Below are positions 1 through 9,680 of a DNA stretch of 64,000 nucleotides, in pieces. The notes under the pieces are model-generated. The model was not told where the DNA came from, ran no database searches, and worked only from the letters and a program-made list of their open reading frames with translations. Each line of letters opens with the position of its first letter. Within the stretch, counting starts at the first letter, position 1. The stretch spans positions 1,909 through 65,908 of the forward strand of contig DASPXE010000093.1 in NCBI GenBank assembly GCA_035637455.1. Reading direction: 5' to 3'. The DNA comes from Gemmatimonadales bacterium. Lineage in GTDB: Bacteria > Gemmatimonadota > Gemmatimonadetes > Gemmatimonadales > GWC2-71-9. Made by a program: the position numbers and the translations under genes.

Positions 1-90
1 CAGCCCGGCGACGTGGTGCGCGCCGATTGCCGCCTCACCGCCACCGGCCTCGTCGCCGACAAGATCGAGCTGAAGAGGCGCGCGCCGTGA
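1..90 (+). CDS. 3' end of an upstream gene (partial, product unknown)
   Basis: Frame 1 is open from the window edge (..PGDVVRADCRLTATGLVADKIELKRRAP*) and stops at TGA 88-90. The stop overlaps the next GTG start (GTGA). Confidence 0.3.
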   Translation, partial: QPGDVVRADCRLTATGLVADKIELKRRAP

Positions 91-1235
91 CGCCGGCGCG
101 CGCTTGCGCAGCCGCCGCGGTGCTGTTGCTCGCGGGCGGCTGCCAGAGGCCGCTCAAACCGGGCGACCCGGTGGGCGGCCTCAGCCGCGCGGAGCAGGAT
201 CGCTTCGCGCACGGCAAGGTGGTCTTCGACAGCATCTTCACGCCGGAGAAGGGGCTCGGCCCACTCTTTAACTCGACCAGCTGCGGCGAGTGCCACGAAG
301 ATCCGGCGAAGGGCGGCCGGGGCGACGAAGTCGAGCTGCACGCAACGGCGTTCAAGGGCGGCGTATGCGACCCGCTCGTCGAGGAAGGGGGGTTCGTCAT
401 CCAGCGCCACACGACCCCCGCGCTCAAGCAAGCGCTCGGGATCGATTCCGAGCCGTTCCCACCGTCCGCCACCGCACGCGCGCTGCGCACCACACCGGTC
501 GTCTTCGGCCGCGGTCTGCTCGACGCCGTGCCCGAGTCGGTCATCCTTGCCTACGCCGACCCCGATGACAAGAACCACGACGGCATCTCCGGTCGCCCCA
601 ACCGGTTCACCGACGGTCGGCTGGGCCGCTTCGGCCGCAAGGGCTTCGTGCCGGCGCTCGACGAGTTCAACGCCGGCGCATTCAGCGCCGAGATGGGGGT
701 GACGAATCCGGCGGTGCGGACCGAGGAGACGGTCGGTGGGAAGCCGATCCCCGCGGGGGTGGATCCCGTCCCCGAGCCCGAGATCGCCCAGGAACAGCTC
801 GATCTCACAGATGCCTTCGTGCGCTTCCTCGCCCCTCCCACCCCTCTCAAGCTGGCCCGGGAGGGGCGGCGAGGCCGGGAGCTGTTCTCCCAGATCGGGT
901 GCGCCGCTTGCCACGTGCCGACCCTGCAGACAGGTGACAGCCCGGTCCCCGCCCTGCGGAACAAGGAGTTCCCCGCCTACACCGACCTGCTGCTCCACGA
1001 CATGGGCCCCGATCTCGCCGACGTCTGCATGGGCCTGGCGACCCCGTCCGAGTTCCGCACCGAGCCGCTGCTCGACCTCCGGGACGCCAAGGCGTTCCTG
1101 CACGATGGGCGGGACACGACACTCGGTCAGGCGATCGAGGCGCACGGCGGCGAGGCGTCCGGCGCCCGCGACCGGTTCAAGGCCCTGCCCCCAGCCGACC
1201 GAAACGCCCTGATCGCGTTTTTGAAATCCCTGTAA
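87..1235 (+). CDS. di-haem cytochrome c-type oxidoreductase (DUF1111 / thiol oxidoreductase-like), probable lipoprotein
   Basis: Two CxxCH haem motifs (CGECH, CAACH) and a FGRKGF...AFSAEMGVTN block typical of DUF1111. GTG at 87 gives the signal AAAAVLLLAGGC. The ORF-track start at 27 adds an Arg-rich extension and is probably too far upstream. Confidence 0.8.
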   Translation: MTPARACAAAAVLLLAGGCQRPLKPGDPVGGLSRAEQDRFAHGKVVFDSIFTPEKGLGPLFNSTSCGECHEDPAKGGRGDEVELHATAFKGGVCDPLVEEGGFVIQRHTTPALKQALGIDSEPFPPSATARALRTTPVVFGRGLLDAVPESVILAYADPDDKNHDGISGRPNRFTDGRLGRFGRKGFVPALDEFNAGAFSAEMGVTNPAVRTEETVGGKPIPAGVDPVPEPEIAQEQLDLTDAFVRFLAPPTPLKLAREGRRGRELFSQIGCAACHVPTLQTGDSPVPALRNKEFPAYTDLLLHDMGPDLADVCMGLATPSEFRTEPLLDLRDAKAFLHDGRDTTLGQAIEAHGGEASGARDRFKALPPADRNALIAFLKSL

Positions 1236-1331
1236 GGATCTGCAACGCCCGACGCGGGGGGAGGCGGGGGCTTGAACAACCCGGCCGTTGTTGATTAGCA
1301 TCTTCCCCCGAGTACTCCACACACTCGCCCC

Positions 1332-2276
1332 ATGTCTTTGCTTTCATTAGAACGTGTCTCCAAGCGCTTCGACGACGTGACCGCCGTCGACGGCGTGTCG
1401 TTCGCGGTCGATCCGGGACAAGTGGTCGGGTTCCTCGGCCCCAACGGTGCCGGCAAATCCACCACGATGCGGATGATCACGCAGTTCTACGAGCCGGACT
1501 CGGGCGAGATCCGGCTCGACGGCGTGCCCCTCGCCGACGCGGCGCGCGAGGCCAAGCGCCGCATCGGCTACCTGCCCGAGAACAACCCCCAGTACGACGA
1601 CATGCTGGTGGTCGACTACCTCGCGTTCATCGCCGACCTGCGTGAGCTCGCGGGGCTCACGCGCCGTCAGGCGCTCGACGCCGCGATCACCGGCACCGGG
1701 ATCGAGAGCGTCTACTACCGCCCGATCGGAGAGCTCTCGAAGGGATTCCGTCAGCGCGTCGGGCTGGCGCAAGCGATGCTGCACCGCCCCGACCTGCTCG
1801 TGCTGGACGAGCCGACGGAAGGCCTCGACCCGAACCAACGCGTCGAGATCCGCCGCCTCATCGGGACGCTCGGCAGGGACCGCACGGTGATCCTGTCGAC
1901 GCACGTCCTGTCCGAGGTGCAGCACACCTGCTCGCGGCTGCTGGTCATCAGTCGCGGTAAGATCGTCGCGGATGGCCCGGTGGATCGCCTCATCCAGCAG
2001 GCGGAGGGTGCCGTCGCGATCGCCGTCGAAGCCGCCGGGACAGGCGTCGCCGAGGCGCTCCGCGAGCTGCCGGGCGTTCGCCACGTCGAGCCGGGGCGCG
2101 CGGCGGACGGTCGGGTCGCGGTCACGCTCACCGCGGACGGCGGCACGGACCTCCGGCCCGAGATCTTCGGGCTCGCCAAGTCCCGCGGCTGGACGCTGTA
2201 CGAGCTGCACGAGGAGCGCGCCAGTCTCGAGCAGCTGTTCCGCCAGCTCACCCGCGGCGACGCGACCGACGCATGA
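1332..2276 (+). CDS. ABC transporter ATP-binding protein (GldA-like)
   Basis: Walker A GPNGAGKST, signature LSKGFRQR and Walker B LLVLDEPT. Followed by an ABC-2 permease with an ATGA overlap. Confidence 0.9.
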   Translation: MSLLSLERVSKRFDDVTAVDGVSFAVDPGQVVGFLGPNGAGKSTTMRMITQFYEPDSGEIRLDGVPLADAAREAKRRIGYLPENNPQYDDMLVVDYLAFIADLRELAGLTRRQALDAAITGTGIESVYYRPIGELSKGFRQRVGLAQAMLHRPDLLVLDEPTEGLDPNQRVEIRRLIGTLGRDRTVILSTHVLSEVQHTCSRLLVISRGKIVADGPVDRLIQQAEGAVAIAVEAAGTGVAEALRELPGVRHVEPGRAADGRVAVTLTADGGTDLRPEIFGLAKSRGWTLYELHEERASLEQLFRQLTRGDATDA

Positions 2277-4513
2277 ACGCCATCGTGACGATCGCCCGGC
2301 GCGAGCTCCGGGCGCTGTTCGATCACCCCACCGCGTACATCCTGCTGGTCGTGTTCACCGGCGTGAACGGCTTCCTGTTCTTTCGCGAGGTCGACATGTA
2401 CGGCGTCGCGTCGCTGCGGCCGATGCTCGATCTGCTGCCGTGGCTGCTCCTGTTCCTCGCGCCCGCCGTGACGATGCGCGCCCTGGCCGAGGACCGTCGC
2501 AGCGGCACGCTCGAGGTCGTGCTGGCGCAGCCGATCACGGAGCTCGAGCTGCTGCTCGGCAAGTACGCCGGTCAGGTGTTGTTCCTCCTCAGCGCGCTCG
2601 CCCTCACCCTGACACTCCCGATCGGCCTCGCCGTGGGAGCCCGTCTCGCGCTCGGGATCCTGGTGGCACAGTACGTCGGGGCTGCGCTGCTGATCGCCGG
2701 GCTCGCCGCCGTGGGCATCTGGGCCTCGAGCGTCACGCCGAACCAGATCACCGCCTTCATCCTCGCGGTCGCGGTGATGTTCGTGCTGGTCCTGGTCGGG
2801 CTCGATCCCTTGATCGTAGGGCTTCCCCCCCGACTCGGGGCCATCGCCGCGTCGCTCGGCGTGCTGTCGCATTTCACGGGCATCGACCGCGGCGTGATCG
2901 ACCTGCGCGACGCGGTGTACTTCCTGACGCTCGCCGCCATCTTCCTACTGCTCGCTTACTTCGCGCTGATGCGCCGCAAGCTCACGGCGCGCGGGGCGGC
3001 GTTGCAGCGCCTGCGCCTCGGGACGGCGCTGCTCGCGGCGGCGATGATCGTCGTGAACCTGCTGGGGCGCCACATCGGCGGCCGGCTCGACCTGACGCCG
3101 GGACGGTCGTACACGCTCGCGCCCGCGACGAAGCGGATCCTCGGCGCGCTGCCCGACATCGTGACCATCAAGCTGTTCGCGTCGAGCGCGCTGCCGCCCG
3201 AAGTGGCGTTCCTGAAACGCGACCTGGACGATCTGCTCCGCGACTACCGCACCGCCGGCCGCGGCCGGGTGAAGCTCGTGGTGCAGGACCCCTCGGCCGA
3301 CAGCGCCGCGCTGCGCGAGGCGCGCACCGTGGGCATTCCAGCGGTACAGTTCAACGTGCTCGGCAAGAGCGAGCTCCAGGTGAAGGAAGGCTACCTCGGC
3401 GTCGCGGTGCGATACGCCGACGGCGTCAAGACGATCCCCTTCGTGCAGCAAACGAACGACCTCGAGTACCGCCTCACGTCCGACATCCGCTCCCTCACCA
3501 CGACCGCCAAGCCGGCGATCGGGTTCGGCGAGATCACGGAGCAGCAAACACCGCCGCAGGCGCGGCGGTCCTTCGACGCGCTGCGGCAGCAGCTCGAGCG
3601 AACCTATACCGTCCGCTCGGTCTCGCTCTCGGACAGCACGATCGCGCCCGACGTGAAGGTGCTGATCTTCGCCGGGACTCCCGACTCGCTGCGCGGCGCG
3701 CAGGCCGGGACGTTCAGGGCGTTCCTCGACCGCGGCGGGAGCCTGCTTCTCATGGCCAGCGGCATGGAGCGCTCGCCGCAGGGGCCGTTCTCGTTCTCGC
3801 GGCTCGTGGGCTGGAACGAGCTGCTCAAGCCATACGGCGTATCCGTCCGGTCTGACATGGTCTACGACCTCGCCTCGAACGCGCGCGTCGCGATTCAGAC
3901 GCAGTTCGGGCAAGTGCTCCTGCCCTACCCCCTCTGGGTGCAAGCGGCGAGCACCAAAGCCACGCCCATGAACGCCGAAATCGACGGCGTGCTACTGCCC
4001 TGGTCGAGCAGCATCGACACGACCCAGGCGCTGAAGGGCGCGGTCACCCCGCTGTTGGTAACGAGTCGGGCGGGCGGCGTGCAGGAGACGACCGCGTTCC
4101 TCGATCCGTCGCGGGAGTTCCGGCGCGACAGCCTGCGCCCCCGGGTCCTGGCCGCGCTCGTCAATCCTGTGACCCGCGACAGCTCCGGCGCCGTGCGCGG
4201 CCGGGTGGTGGTCGTGGGCAGCGCGGACTTCGCGAGCGACCGCTACGCGCAGAACTCGCCGGACAACATCGTCTTCGTCCAGAACGCGGTGGACTGGCTC
4301 GCGCAGGACGAGGCGCTGATCGCCATTCGCTCGAAGAACCGTGCTCCCCCGCCCCTGGTCTTCACCAGCGTCACCATGCGCCAGGCGGTGAAGTACGGCA
4401 ACATCATCGGAGTACCCGTACTGCTGATCGTGTTCGGCGCCGTGCGATTGTGGCGGCGGCGGCAGCTCACGCGACAGACGTACCGGCCGCTGACGCTGGC
4501 GGGTGCCGGATGA
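2273..4513 (+). CDS. ABC-2 type permease fused to a GldG-like auxiliary domain
   Basis: N-terminal ~230 aa is multi-TM (GldF/ABC-2-like). A large soluble GldG-type domain follows, then a C-terminal TM helix. ATGA overlap with the ATPase gene. Confidence 0.75.
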   Translation: MNAIVTIARRELRALFDHPTAYILLVVFTGVNGFLFFREVDMYGVASLRPMLDLLPWLLLFLAPAVTMRALAEDRRSGTLEVVLAQPITELELLLGKYAGQVLFLLSALALTLTLPIGLAVGARLALGILVAQYVGAALLIAGLAAVGIWASSVTPNQITAFILAVAVMFVLVLVGLDPLIVGLPPRLGAIAASLGVLSHFTGIDRGVIDLRDAVYFLTLAAIFLLLAYFALMRRKLTARGAALQRLRLGTALLAAAMIVVNLLGRHIGGRLDLTPGRSYTLAPATKRILGALPDIVTIKLFASSALPPEVAFLKRDLDDLLRDYRTAGRGRVKLVVQDPSADSAALREARTVGIPAVQFNVLGKSELQVKEGYLGVAVRYADGVKTIPFVQQTNDLEYRLTSDIRSLTTTAKPAIGFGEITEQQTPPQARRSFDALRQQLERTYTVRSVSLSDSTIAPDVKVLIFAGTPDSLRGAQAGTFRAFLDRGGSLLLMASGMERSPQGPFSFSRLVGWNELLKPYGVSVRSDMVYDLASNARVAIQTQFGQVLLPYPLWVQAASTKATPMNAEIDGVLLPWSSSIDTTQALKGAVTPLLVTSRAGGVQETTAFLDPSREFRRDSLRPRVLAALVNPVTRDSSGAVRGRVVVVGSADFASDRYAQNSPDNIVFVQNAVDWLAQDEALIAIRSKNRAPPPLVFTSVTMRQAVKYGNIIGVPVLLIVFGAVRLWRRRQLTRQTYRPLTLAGAG

Positions 4514-5448
4514 GCGCAAAGCACCTGAAGTTGATCGCCCTCGCCCTCGTCGTCGTGCTGCTGCTCTGGGGGGGCTCCGAGCTCTTCTCCCACGGCTCGG
4601 ACACGGTCACCGGCGGTCTCAGCTTTCCCGCGCTCGCGCAGAGCGACGTGGACACGATCAGCGTCGTCAAGGGAACCGATTCGATCGTCGTCGCCAAGTC
4701 TGCGGCCGGCTGGACGGTGAATGGCCGCCGCGCCGCGCCCGACGCCGTGAACGATTTCTTCCTGGCCCTGCGCGACAGCGTGGCGCCGGAGCTCGTGGCC
4801 CAGGATTCTTCGTCGTTCGGCCGGCTCAACGTCGACAGCGCGACCGGGCGGTGGGTCCGCGTCCGACGCGGCGGCCGACCGCTCCTCGGGCTGATCGTCG
4901 GAGCCCGGGGCTCGGAGTACGCGAGCGCCTACGTGCGCCGGCCCAGCGACAGCCACGTATACCTGTGGCGCGGCCGGCTGGCGTCGCTGGCGGATCGCGC
5001 GGTGGACGACTGGCGTGACAAGCGCATCGCCGCGGTCGAGCCGGACAGCGTCGCGCTGATCGCGGTCGAGCGCGGCAAGGACCGTTACACGGTCCAGCGC
5101 ACCCGAAAGACCTGGAAGCTGAACGGCGCCCCGGCGGACTCGGGCGCGGTCGCCCGGCTGCTCGAGAAGTACCGCGCCGTGACGGCTGCGGGCTTCGCCT
5201 CGCCCGCGCAGGCCGACTCCGCCCGGGCGTTGCGGCCGGCGCGCCGCCTGAGCGTGCGCGGCGCTCGCGGCACGACGCTGGTGACGCTCGTCTTCGACTC
5301 CATCCCCGGGGCCTTCTGGATCCGGCGCACCAGTGGCGTGGCGGCAGGCGGCGACGCGGGCGCGCTGTACCGCATGAACGCGTGGGACGTGGACGGCCTC
5401 ACGCCGGCGAGCCGCTCGCTCGCGCCTCCGGCCGCGGCCAAGCAATAG
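4510..5448 (+). CDS. DUF4340-like periplasmic protein associated with the GldG-type ABC system
   Basis: ATG at 4510 overlaps the upstream stop (ATGA). N-terminal TM LIALALVVVLLLWGG. Fourth-gene position typical of GldA/F/G clusters. The family call is by context, not by motif. Confidence 0.55.
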   Translation: MSAKHLKLIALALVVVLLLWGGSELFSHGSDTVTGGLSFPALAQSDVDTISVVKGTDSIVVAKSAAGWTVNGRRAAPDAVNDFFLALRDSVAPELVAQDSSSFGRLNVDSATGRWVRVRRGGRPLLGLIVGARGSEYASAYVRRPSDSHVYLWRGRLASLADRAVDDWRDKRIAAVEPDSVALIAVERGKDRYTVQRTRKTWKLNGAPADSGAVARLLEKYRAVTAAGFASPAQADSARALRPARRLSVRGARGTTLVTLVFDSIPGAFWIRRTSGVAAGGDAGALYRMNAWDVDGLTPASRSLAPPAAAKQ

Positions 5449-5460
5449 CGCCCCAACCCC

Positions 5461-5489
5461 TTGGCTTCCAGCAGTTTGCCGTCTATTTT
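5461..5489 (+). promoter_or_regulatory. candidate sigma70-type promoter of prs
   Basis: TTGGCT (5461-5466), 17-nt spacer, TATTTT (5484-5489). It ends 12 nt before the prs ATG, which implies a very short leader. Confidence 0.3.
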
Positions 5490-5500
5490 GCGGGGCTCAC

Positions 5501-6454
5501 ATGGCGGATCTCACGCTGTCGCGGAGCCAGCTGTTGCTCCTCGCCGGGACGGCCAACCGGCCGCTCGCCGAGGAGATGGCTCAGACCTTGGGGCAGCCGT
5601 TGTGCGCGGTGACGATCCGCCGCTTTGCCGACGGAGAGATCTTCGTCAAGATCGATGAGAACGTCCGCGGCCGGGACGTCTTCATCATCCAGCCGACCAA
5701 CCCACCGGCGGAGAACTGGATCGAGCTGCTGTTCCTGATCGACGCGGCCCGCCGGGCGAGCGCGGCGCGCACCACCGCGGTGCTGCCGTACTTCGGCTAC
5801 GCGCGCCAGGACCGGAAGGACCAGCCCCGCGTCGCGATCAGCGCCAAGCTGATGGCGAACATGATCACGCACGCGGGCGCGGACCGGGTGCTGGGAATGG
5901 ACTTTCATTCCCACCAGCTGCAGGGGTTTTTCGACATCCCGGTGGATCACCTGTACGCCGCACCGGCATTCGTGAGCTATTTCCGCCAGAAGAACCTGTA
6001 CGATCCGGTGGTCGTCGCGCCCGACGTCGGCTCTGCGAAGATGGCGCGGGGGTTCGCCAAGCGACTCAACGCGTCGCTCGCCATCATCGACAAGCGGCGC
6101 CCCTCGGCGAACGTGGCCGAGGTCGTCAACGTCGTGGGGGACGTCGAGAACAAAGACTGCCTCATCCCCGACGACATGATCGACACGGCGGGGACGATCA
6201 CCGAGGCGGCGGTGGCGCTGCAGCGCCTGGGCGCTCGCAAGATCTACGCGTTCGCGACGCACGCACTGCTGTCCGGCCCGGCGGTCGAGCGGCTGCGGGC
6301 CTCGTGCATCGACGAAGTGACGGTGACGAACACTATCCGGATCCCCGAGGAGCGAAGCTTCGAGAAGCTGAAGGTGCTGTCGATCGCGGGACTGATCGCC
6401 AAGGCGATCGGTTACGAGCACTCGAACCAGTCGGTGAGCTCGCTCTTCGACTGA
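5501..6454 (+). CDS. prs: ribose-phosphate pyrophosphokinase
   Basis: Full-length match to the Prs pattern: FADGEI, VLPYFGYARQDRK, DFHSHQLQGFF and the PRPP loop DDMIDTAGT. Confidence 0.95.
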   Translation: MADLTLSRSQLLLLAGTANRPLAEEMAQTLGQPLCAVTIRRFADGEIFVKIDENVRGRDVFIIQPTNPPAENWIELLFLIDAARRASAARTTAVLPYFGYARQDRKDQPRVAISAKLMANMITHAGADRVLGMDFHSHQLQGFFDIPVDHLYAAPAFVSYFRQKNLYDPVVVAPDVGSAKMARGFAKRLNASLAIIDKRRPSANVAEVVNVVGDVENKDCLIPDDMIDTAGTITEAAVALQRLGARKIYAFATHALLSGPAVERLRASCIDEVTVTNTIRIPEERSFEKLKVLSIAGLIAKAIGYEHSNQSVSSLFD

Positions 6455-6477
6455 CGTCTGACACCTGAGGACTGGCA

Positions 6478-7251
6478 ATGGCACAGATCGTTTCCCTCGC
6501 GGCGAGTCCGCGCACCACCACCGGCAAGGGCGCTGCCCGGCAGGCGCGCTTTCAGGGCAAGGTCCCCGCCGTCATCTACGGGCACGGGCGTGAGGCCCAG
6601 CCGCTCGAGGTGGAAGCGAAGGCGCTCGAGAAGGCGCTCACGGGAGTCGAGCCCGCGAGCACGATCATCGAGCTCGCGGTGGACGGCAAGAAGACCAAAA
6701 CGCTGATTCGCGAGATCCAGCGCCACCCCATCCGGCCCGACATCATCCATGTGGATTTCTACGAGATCCACGCCGAGGAGAAGGTCAAGCTCAAGGTGCC
6801 CGTGCACCTGGTCGGCAACCCCGACGGGGTGCGCAACGCCGGCGGCGTGCTCGACCAGGTGACGCGCGAGGTCGAGATCGAGGTGATGCCGGAGAACATC
6901 CCGGACCGCGTGGAGCTCGACGTCACAGCCCTCAAGATCGGCGACTCCCTGCACGTGCGGGAGCTGAACATCCCAAACGCGACGATCCTCACCCTGGCGG
7001 ACCTCACGATCGCCACGGTGGTGCCGCCGCGGGCCGAAGAGGTGACGGCCCCCGCGCCTGAGGCCGCCGCCGAAGTCGCCGAGCCCGAGCTGATCCGCAA
7101 GGTGCGCGAGGGCGAGGAGGAGGAGGGCGAGGGCGCGGCCGAAGGTGCCGCGAAACCGGAGGCGAAGGGCGCCCCGGCTGCCCCAGCCAAGGGCGAGAAG
7201 CCGGAGAAACCCGAGAAGGCCGAGAAGCCCAAGGGCGGCAAAGAGAGCTGA
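6478..7251 (+). CDS. rplY: 50S ribosomal protein L25 / general stress protein Ctc
   Basis: L25/Ctc N-terminal domain (RTTTGKGAARQAR..GKVPAVIYG), second beta-barrel domain and an acidic/Lys-Pro-rich C-terminal tail. Conserved rplY-pth synteny. Confidence 0.9.
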   Translation: MAQIVSLAASPRTTTGKGAARQARFQGKVPAVIYGHGREAQPLEVEAKALEKALTGVEPASTIIELAVDGKKTKTLIREIQRHPIRPDIIHVDFYEIHAEEKVKLKVPVHLVGNPDGVRNAGGVLDQVTREVEIEVMPENIPDRVELDVTALKIGDSLHVRELNIPNATILTLADLTIATVVPPRAEEVTAPAPEAAAEVAEPELIRKVREGEEEEGEGAAEGAAKPEAKGAPAAPAKGEKPEKPEKAEKPKGGKES

Positions 7252-7254
7252 TCC

Positions 7255-7797
7255 CTGCGCGCCGTCGTCGGCCTCGGCAACCCCGGTCCGGAGTACGCCG
7301 CGACGCGCCACAATGCCGGCTTCTGGCTTGCCGATGCGCTCGTCGCCCACTGGGAGTTGCCCTCATTCCGGCGTGGCGAGCGCGCGCGGGTCAGCGCAGG
7401 ATCAGTGGACGGCGTGCCCGTCCGGGTGCTCAAGCCCACCACGTCCATGAACCGGAGCGGCGCCGCGCTGGCGTCGCTCCGCGCCGACCCTGCCTTCAAC
7501 CCGACCACCGATTTGCTGGTCCTCGTGGACGATTTTCAGATTCCGTGCGGCACCTTCCGGCTCCGCGCTGACGGCTCGTCGGGCGGTCACAACGGCTTGA
7601 AGAGCATCGAGGCCGCACTACAGTCGCAAGCGTACGCCCGCCTCCGCATCGGCGTGGGGCCGCTCCCCGAGGGCGCCGGCGACTGGTCGGAATACGTGCT
7701 CGCGCCGTTCACGCCCGAGCAAGTCGAGCAGGTCGAGACGCTCATGCCTCAGATGGTGGGTGCGGTGACCAGCTGGGTACGGGAAGGGATCAAGTGA
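7255..7797 (+). CDS. pth: peptidyl-tRNA hydrolase (start non-canonical: CTG at 7255, or coupled to rplY)
   Basis: The conserved Pth N-terminus VVGLGNPGPEYAATRHNAGF, which holds the catalytic His, is encoded at 7264-7323. The first ATG/GTG/TTG in frame is TTG 7357, downstream of it. The frame opens right after the rplY TGA (7249-7251). Also KPTTSMNRSG and GGHNGLKS. Confidence 0.85.
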   Translation: MRAVVGLGNPGPEYAATRHNAGFWLADALVAHWELPSFRRGERARVSAGSVDGVPVRVLKPTTSMNRSGAALASLRADPAFNPTTDLLVLVDDFQIPCGTFRLRADGSSGGHNGLKSIEAALQSQAYARLRIGVGPLPEGAGDWSEYVLAPFTPEQVEQVETLMPQMVGAVTSWVREGIK

Positions 7798-8901
7798 GTG
7801 CTGCGCCTCGGCATCGTCGGTCTCCCCAATGTCGGCAAGTCGACCCTGTTCAACGCCCTCACCTCCTCCAAGGCCGCGGCAGCGGAGAACTACCCCTTCT
7901 GCACAGTCGAGCCCAACGTGGGCGTCGTGGAGGTGCCCGACCATCGCCTCGATCGACTGTTCGAGCTCGTTCGACCGAAGAAGAAGGTCCCCGCGGTCGT
8001 TGAGTTCGTGGACATTGCGGGGCTGGTGCGGGGCGCTTCGCAGGGCGAAGGACTCGGAAACCAGTTCCTGTCCCACATTCGCGAAGTCGACGCGATCGTG
8101 CATGTGATCCGCTGTTTCGAGGACCCCGACGTCGTGCATGTGATGGGACCCGTGGACCCGGTGCGCGACCACGACGTGATCACGAGCGAGCTCGCGCTCG
8201 CCGACCTGGGCGTCGTCGAACGACGGCTCGAGAAGACGCGCAAGACCGCGCGCGCGGGCGACAAGGAGGCGCAGCTCGAAGTCGTGGTGCTGGAGCGCGT
8301 GCTGGCGGAGCTCAACGCCGGCCGCGGGGCCCGCGAGGCGGGCGAGACCGAGGACGCCATTCGGTTCCTGCGTCAGCTCGGGTTGCTCACCGCGAAGCCG
8401 ATTCTCTACGCCGCCAACGTCGACGAGGACGATCTCGCGGCGGGCGGCGGAAAGTGGATCGACCGGCTGCGCGCCGCAGTGCAGTCGCACCACGAAGAGG
8501 CGGAGATCGTTCCGTTCTCCGCCAAGTTCGAGGCCGAGCTCGCGGAGCTAGCGGGTGAGGAGCGCGGCGAGTACCTCGCCAGTGCCGGCGTCCGGGAGCC
8601 GGGGCTCGACCGCCTGATCCATGCCGGGTATCACCTGCTCGGGCTGCAGACCTTTTTCACCGTGGGCGAGAACGAGGTGCGCGCCTGGACAATGCACCGG
8701 GGTGGGACCGCCTTCGCCGCCGCGGGGGAGATCCACTCGGACTTTCAACGCGGCTTCATCCGCGCCGAGACCGTGGCATACGAGGAGTTCGTACGGGTGG
8801 GATCCTACAAGGCGGCGCGCGAGCAGGGCCTCGTGCGCTCCGAGGGGCGGGACTACGTCGTACAAGACGGAGACATCTTGCTGTTCCGCTTCAACGTCTA
8901 G
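7798..8901 (+). CDS. ychF: redox-regulated ATPase YchF (ribosome-binding ATPase)
   Basis: GIVGLPNVGKSTLFNALT, the DIAGLVRGAS G-motifs and the C-terminal TGS-like DGDILLFRFNV. GTG immediately follows the pth TGA. Confidence 0.95.
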   Translation: MLRLGIVGLPNVGKSTLFNALTSSKAAAAENYPFCTVEPNVGVVEVPDHRLDRLFELVRPKKKVPAVVEFVDIAGLVRGASQGEGLGNQFLSHIREVDAIVHVIRCFEDPDVVHVMGPVDPVRDHDVITSELALADLGVVERRLEKTRKTARAGDKEAQLEVVVLERVLAELNAGRGAREAGETEDAIRFLRQLGLLTAKPILYAANVDEDDLAAGGGKWIDRLRAAVQSHHEEAEIVPFSAKFEAELAELAGEERGEYLASAGVREPGLDRLIHAGYHLLGLQTFFTVGENEVRAWTMHRGGTAFAAAGEIHSDFQRGFIRAETVAYEEFVRVGSYKAAREQGLVRSEGRDYVVQDGDILLFRFNV

Positions 8902-9665
8902 GACCGGCGCCACATCAGGACGGCACCGCAATTCTCCCCGAAGCCATACCGGAACTCCATAGGGACATCGAACCCACGCTTGTACAGCTCCACGCCGGCC
9001 AGGTCGTCGACTTGGATGACGTCCATGTCGTCGGAGGCCAGCCGCATGCCGTTGATGAACAGCGACATCACGCAGTAGCGGGTCCCACTCCAACTGACTG
9101 GCAGGCAGTACCCCCGTCCGCAGCGTATCTGCACGCCAGCCTCGCCGAGCAGCGATCGCAGCGTCCAGCTTCTACGGCGCTGCAAGTCGCGGAACGTGTA
9201 AAAGCGGCCGAACCCCCACTTCTTGCGGTCGTAAAACCCCGCCAGGCTCCGCTCGGCGCGGAGGCTCCGCGCCTCGACGACGATCGGCGCCAGCTCGACC
9301 GCGTCCATATCGAGTAGCACCGAGAGTGTCAGCGTCTTCCCGCGTTTGAGATCGATCTTCTGCTCGTACGACACGCTGTCACGGTACAGGATGCGAACGA
9401 TCTGGTGACCGGAGGGGAGGCCCGTGAGCGCGAATGCTCCAGCGGAATCGCTCACGTCGAAGAGCTGAGTCCCCCGCACCGCGATCATCACGGCGGCGAT
9501 CGGTAGGCCATTGATGGATGACCGCACCGTACCCGCGAGACGGGCGGAGTCTTCTTGCGCCTGCATGAGGAGGGGAGTCCAGCCGATCAGAACGAGGGAC
9601 AGCGGGTACAGCGGACGCTGCAGCAGAGGCCGGCGTTTCACAATGGTATCGTACACGCGGGCCAT
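8898..9665 (-). CDS. CarboxypepD_reg-like domain plus TonB-plug-like domain protein
   Basis: Signal/TM segment, then GTVRSSINGLPIAAVMIAVRGT...TGLPSGHQIVRILY (carboxypeptidase-regulatory fold pattern), then a plug-like IQVDDLAGVELYKRG. Its stop shares a CTAG with the ychF stop. Confidence 0.6.
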   Translation of the reverse strand: MARVYDTIVKRRPLLQRPLYPLSLVLIGWTPLLMQAQEDSARLAGTVRSSINGLPIAAVMIAVRGTQLFDVSDSAGAFALTGLPSGHQIVRILYRDSVSYEQKIDLKRGKTLTLSVLLDMDAVELAPIVVEARSLRAERSLAGFYDRKKWGFGRFYTFRDLQRRRSWTLRSLLGEAGVQIRCGRGYCLPVSWSGTRYCVMSLFINGMRLASDDMDVIQVDDLAGVELYKRGFDVPMEFRYGFGENCGAVLMWRRS

Positions 9666-9680
9666 CGGGGAGTGCCAGCC

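Noticed and set aside
1266-1305. Small hairpin AACAAC-CCGGCC-GTTGTT and a TTGAAC box upstream of the ABC ATPase gene
   Set aside because: The stem is only 6 bp and no convincing -10 element lies at proper spacing. This is too weak to call a promoter, operator or terminator.
1751-3943. Long alternative-frame ORFs (1751..2872 -, 1972..3855 +, 2945..3943 -)
   Set aside because: They overlap the ABC ATPase and permease/GldG genes, which have clear motifs and TM patterns. These translations are compositionally biased and motif-free.
7141-7251. Lys/Pro/Glu-rich repeats (EKPEKPEKAEKPK) at the end of rplY
   Set aside because: Low-complexity C-terminal tails are common in Ctc-type L25 proteins, so this is not a separate feature.
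8898-8901. Convergent ychF and CarboxypepD_reg genes share a palindromic CTAG for both stop codons
   Set aside because: This is a real but trivial consequence of tight packing, with no regulatory inference warranted.
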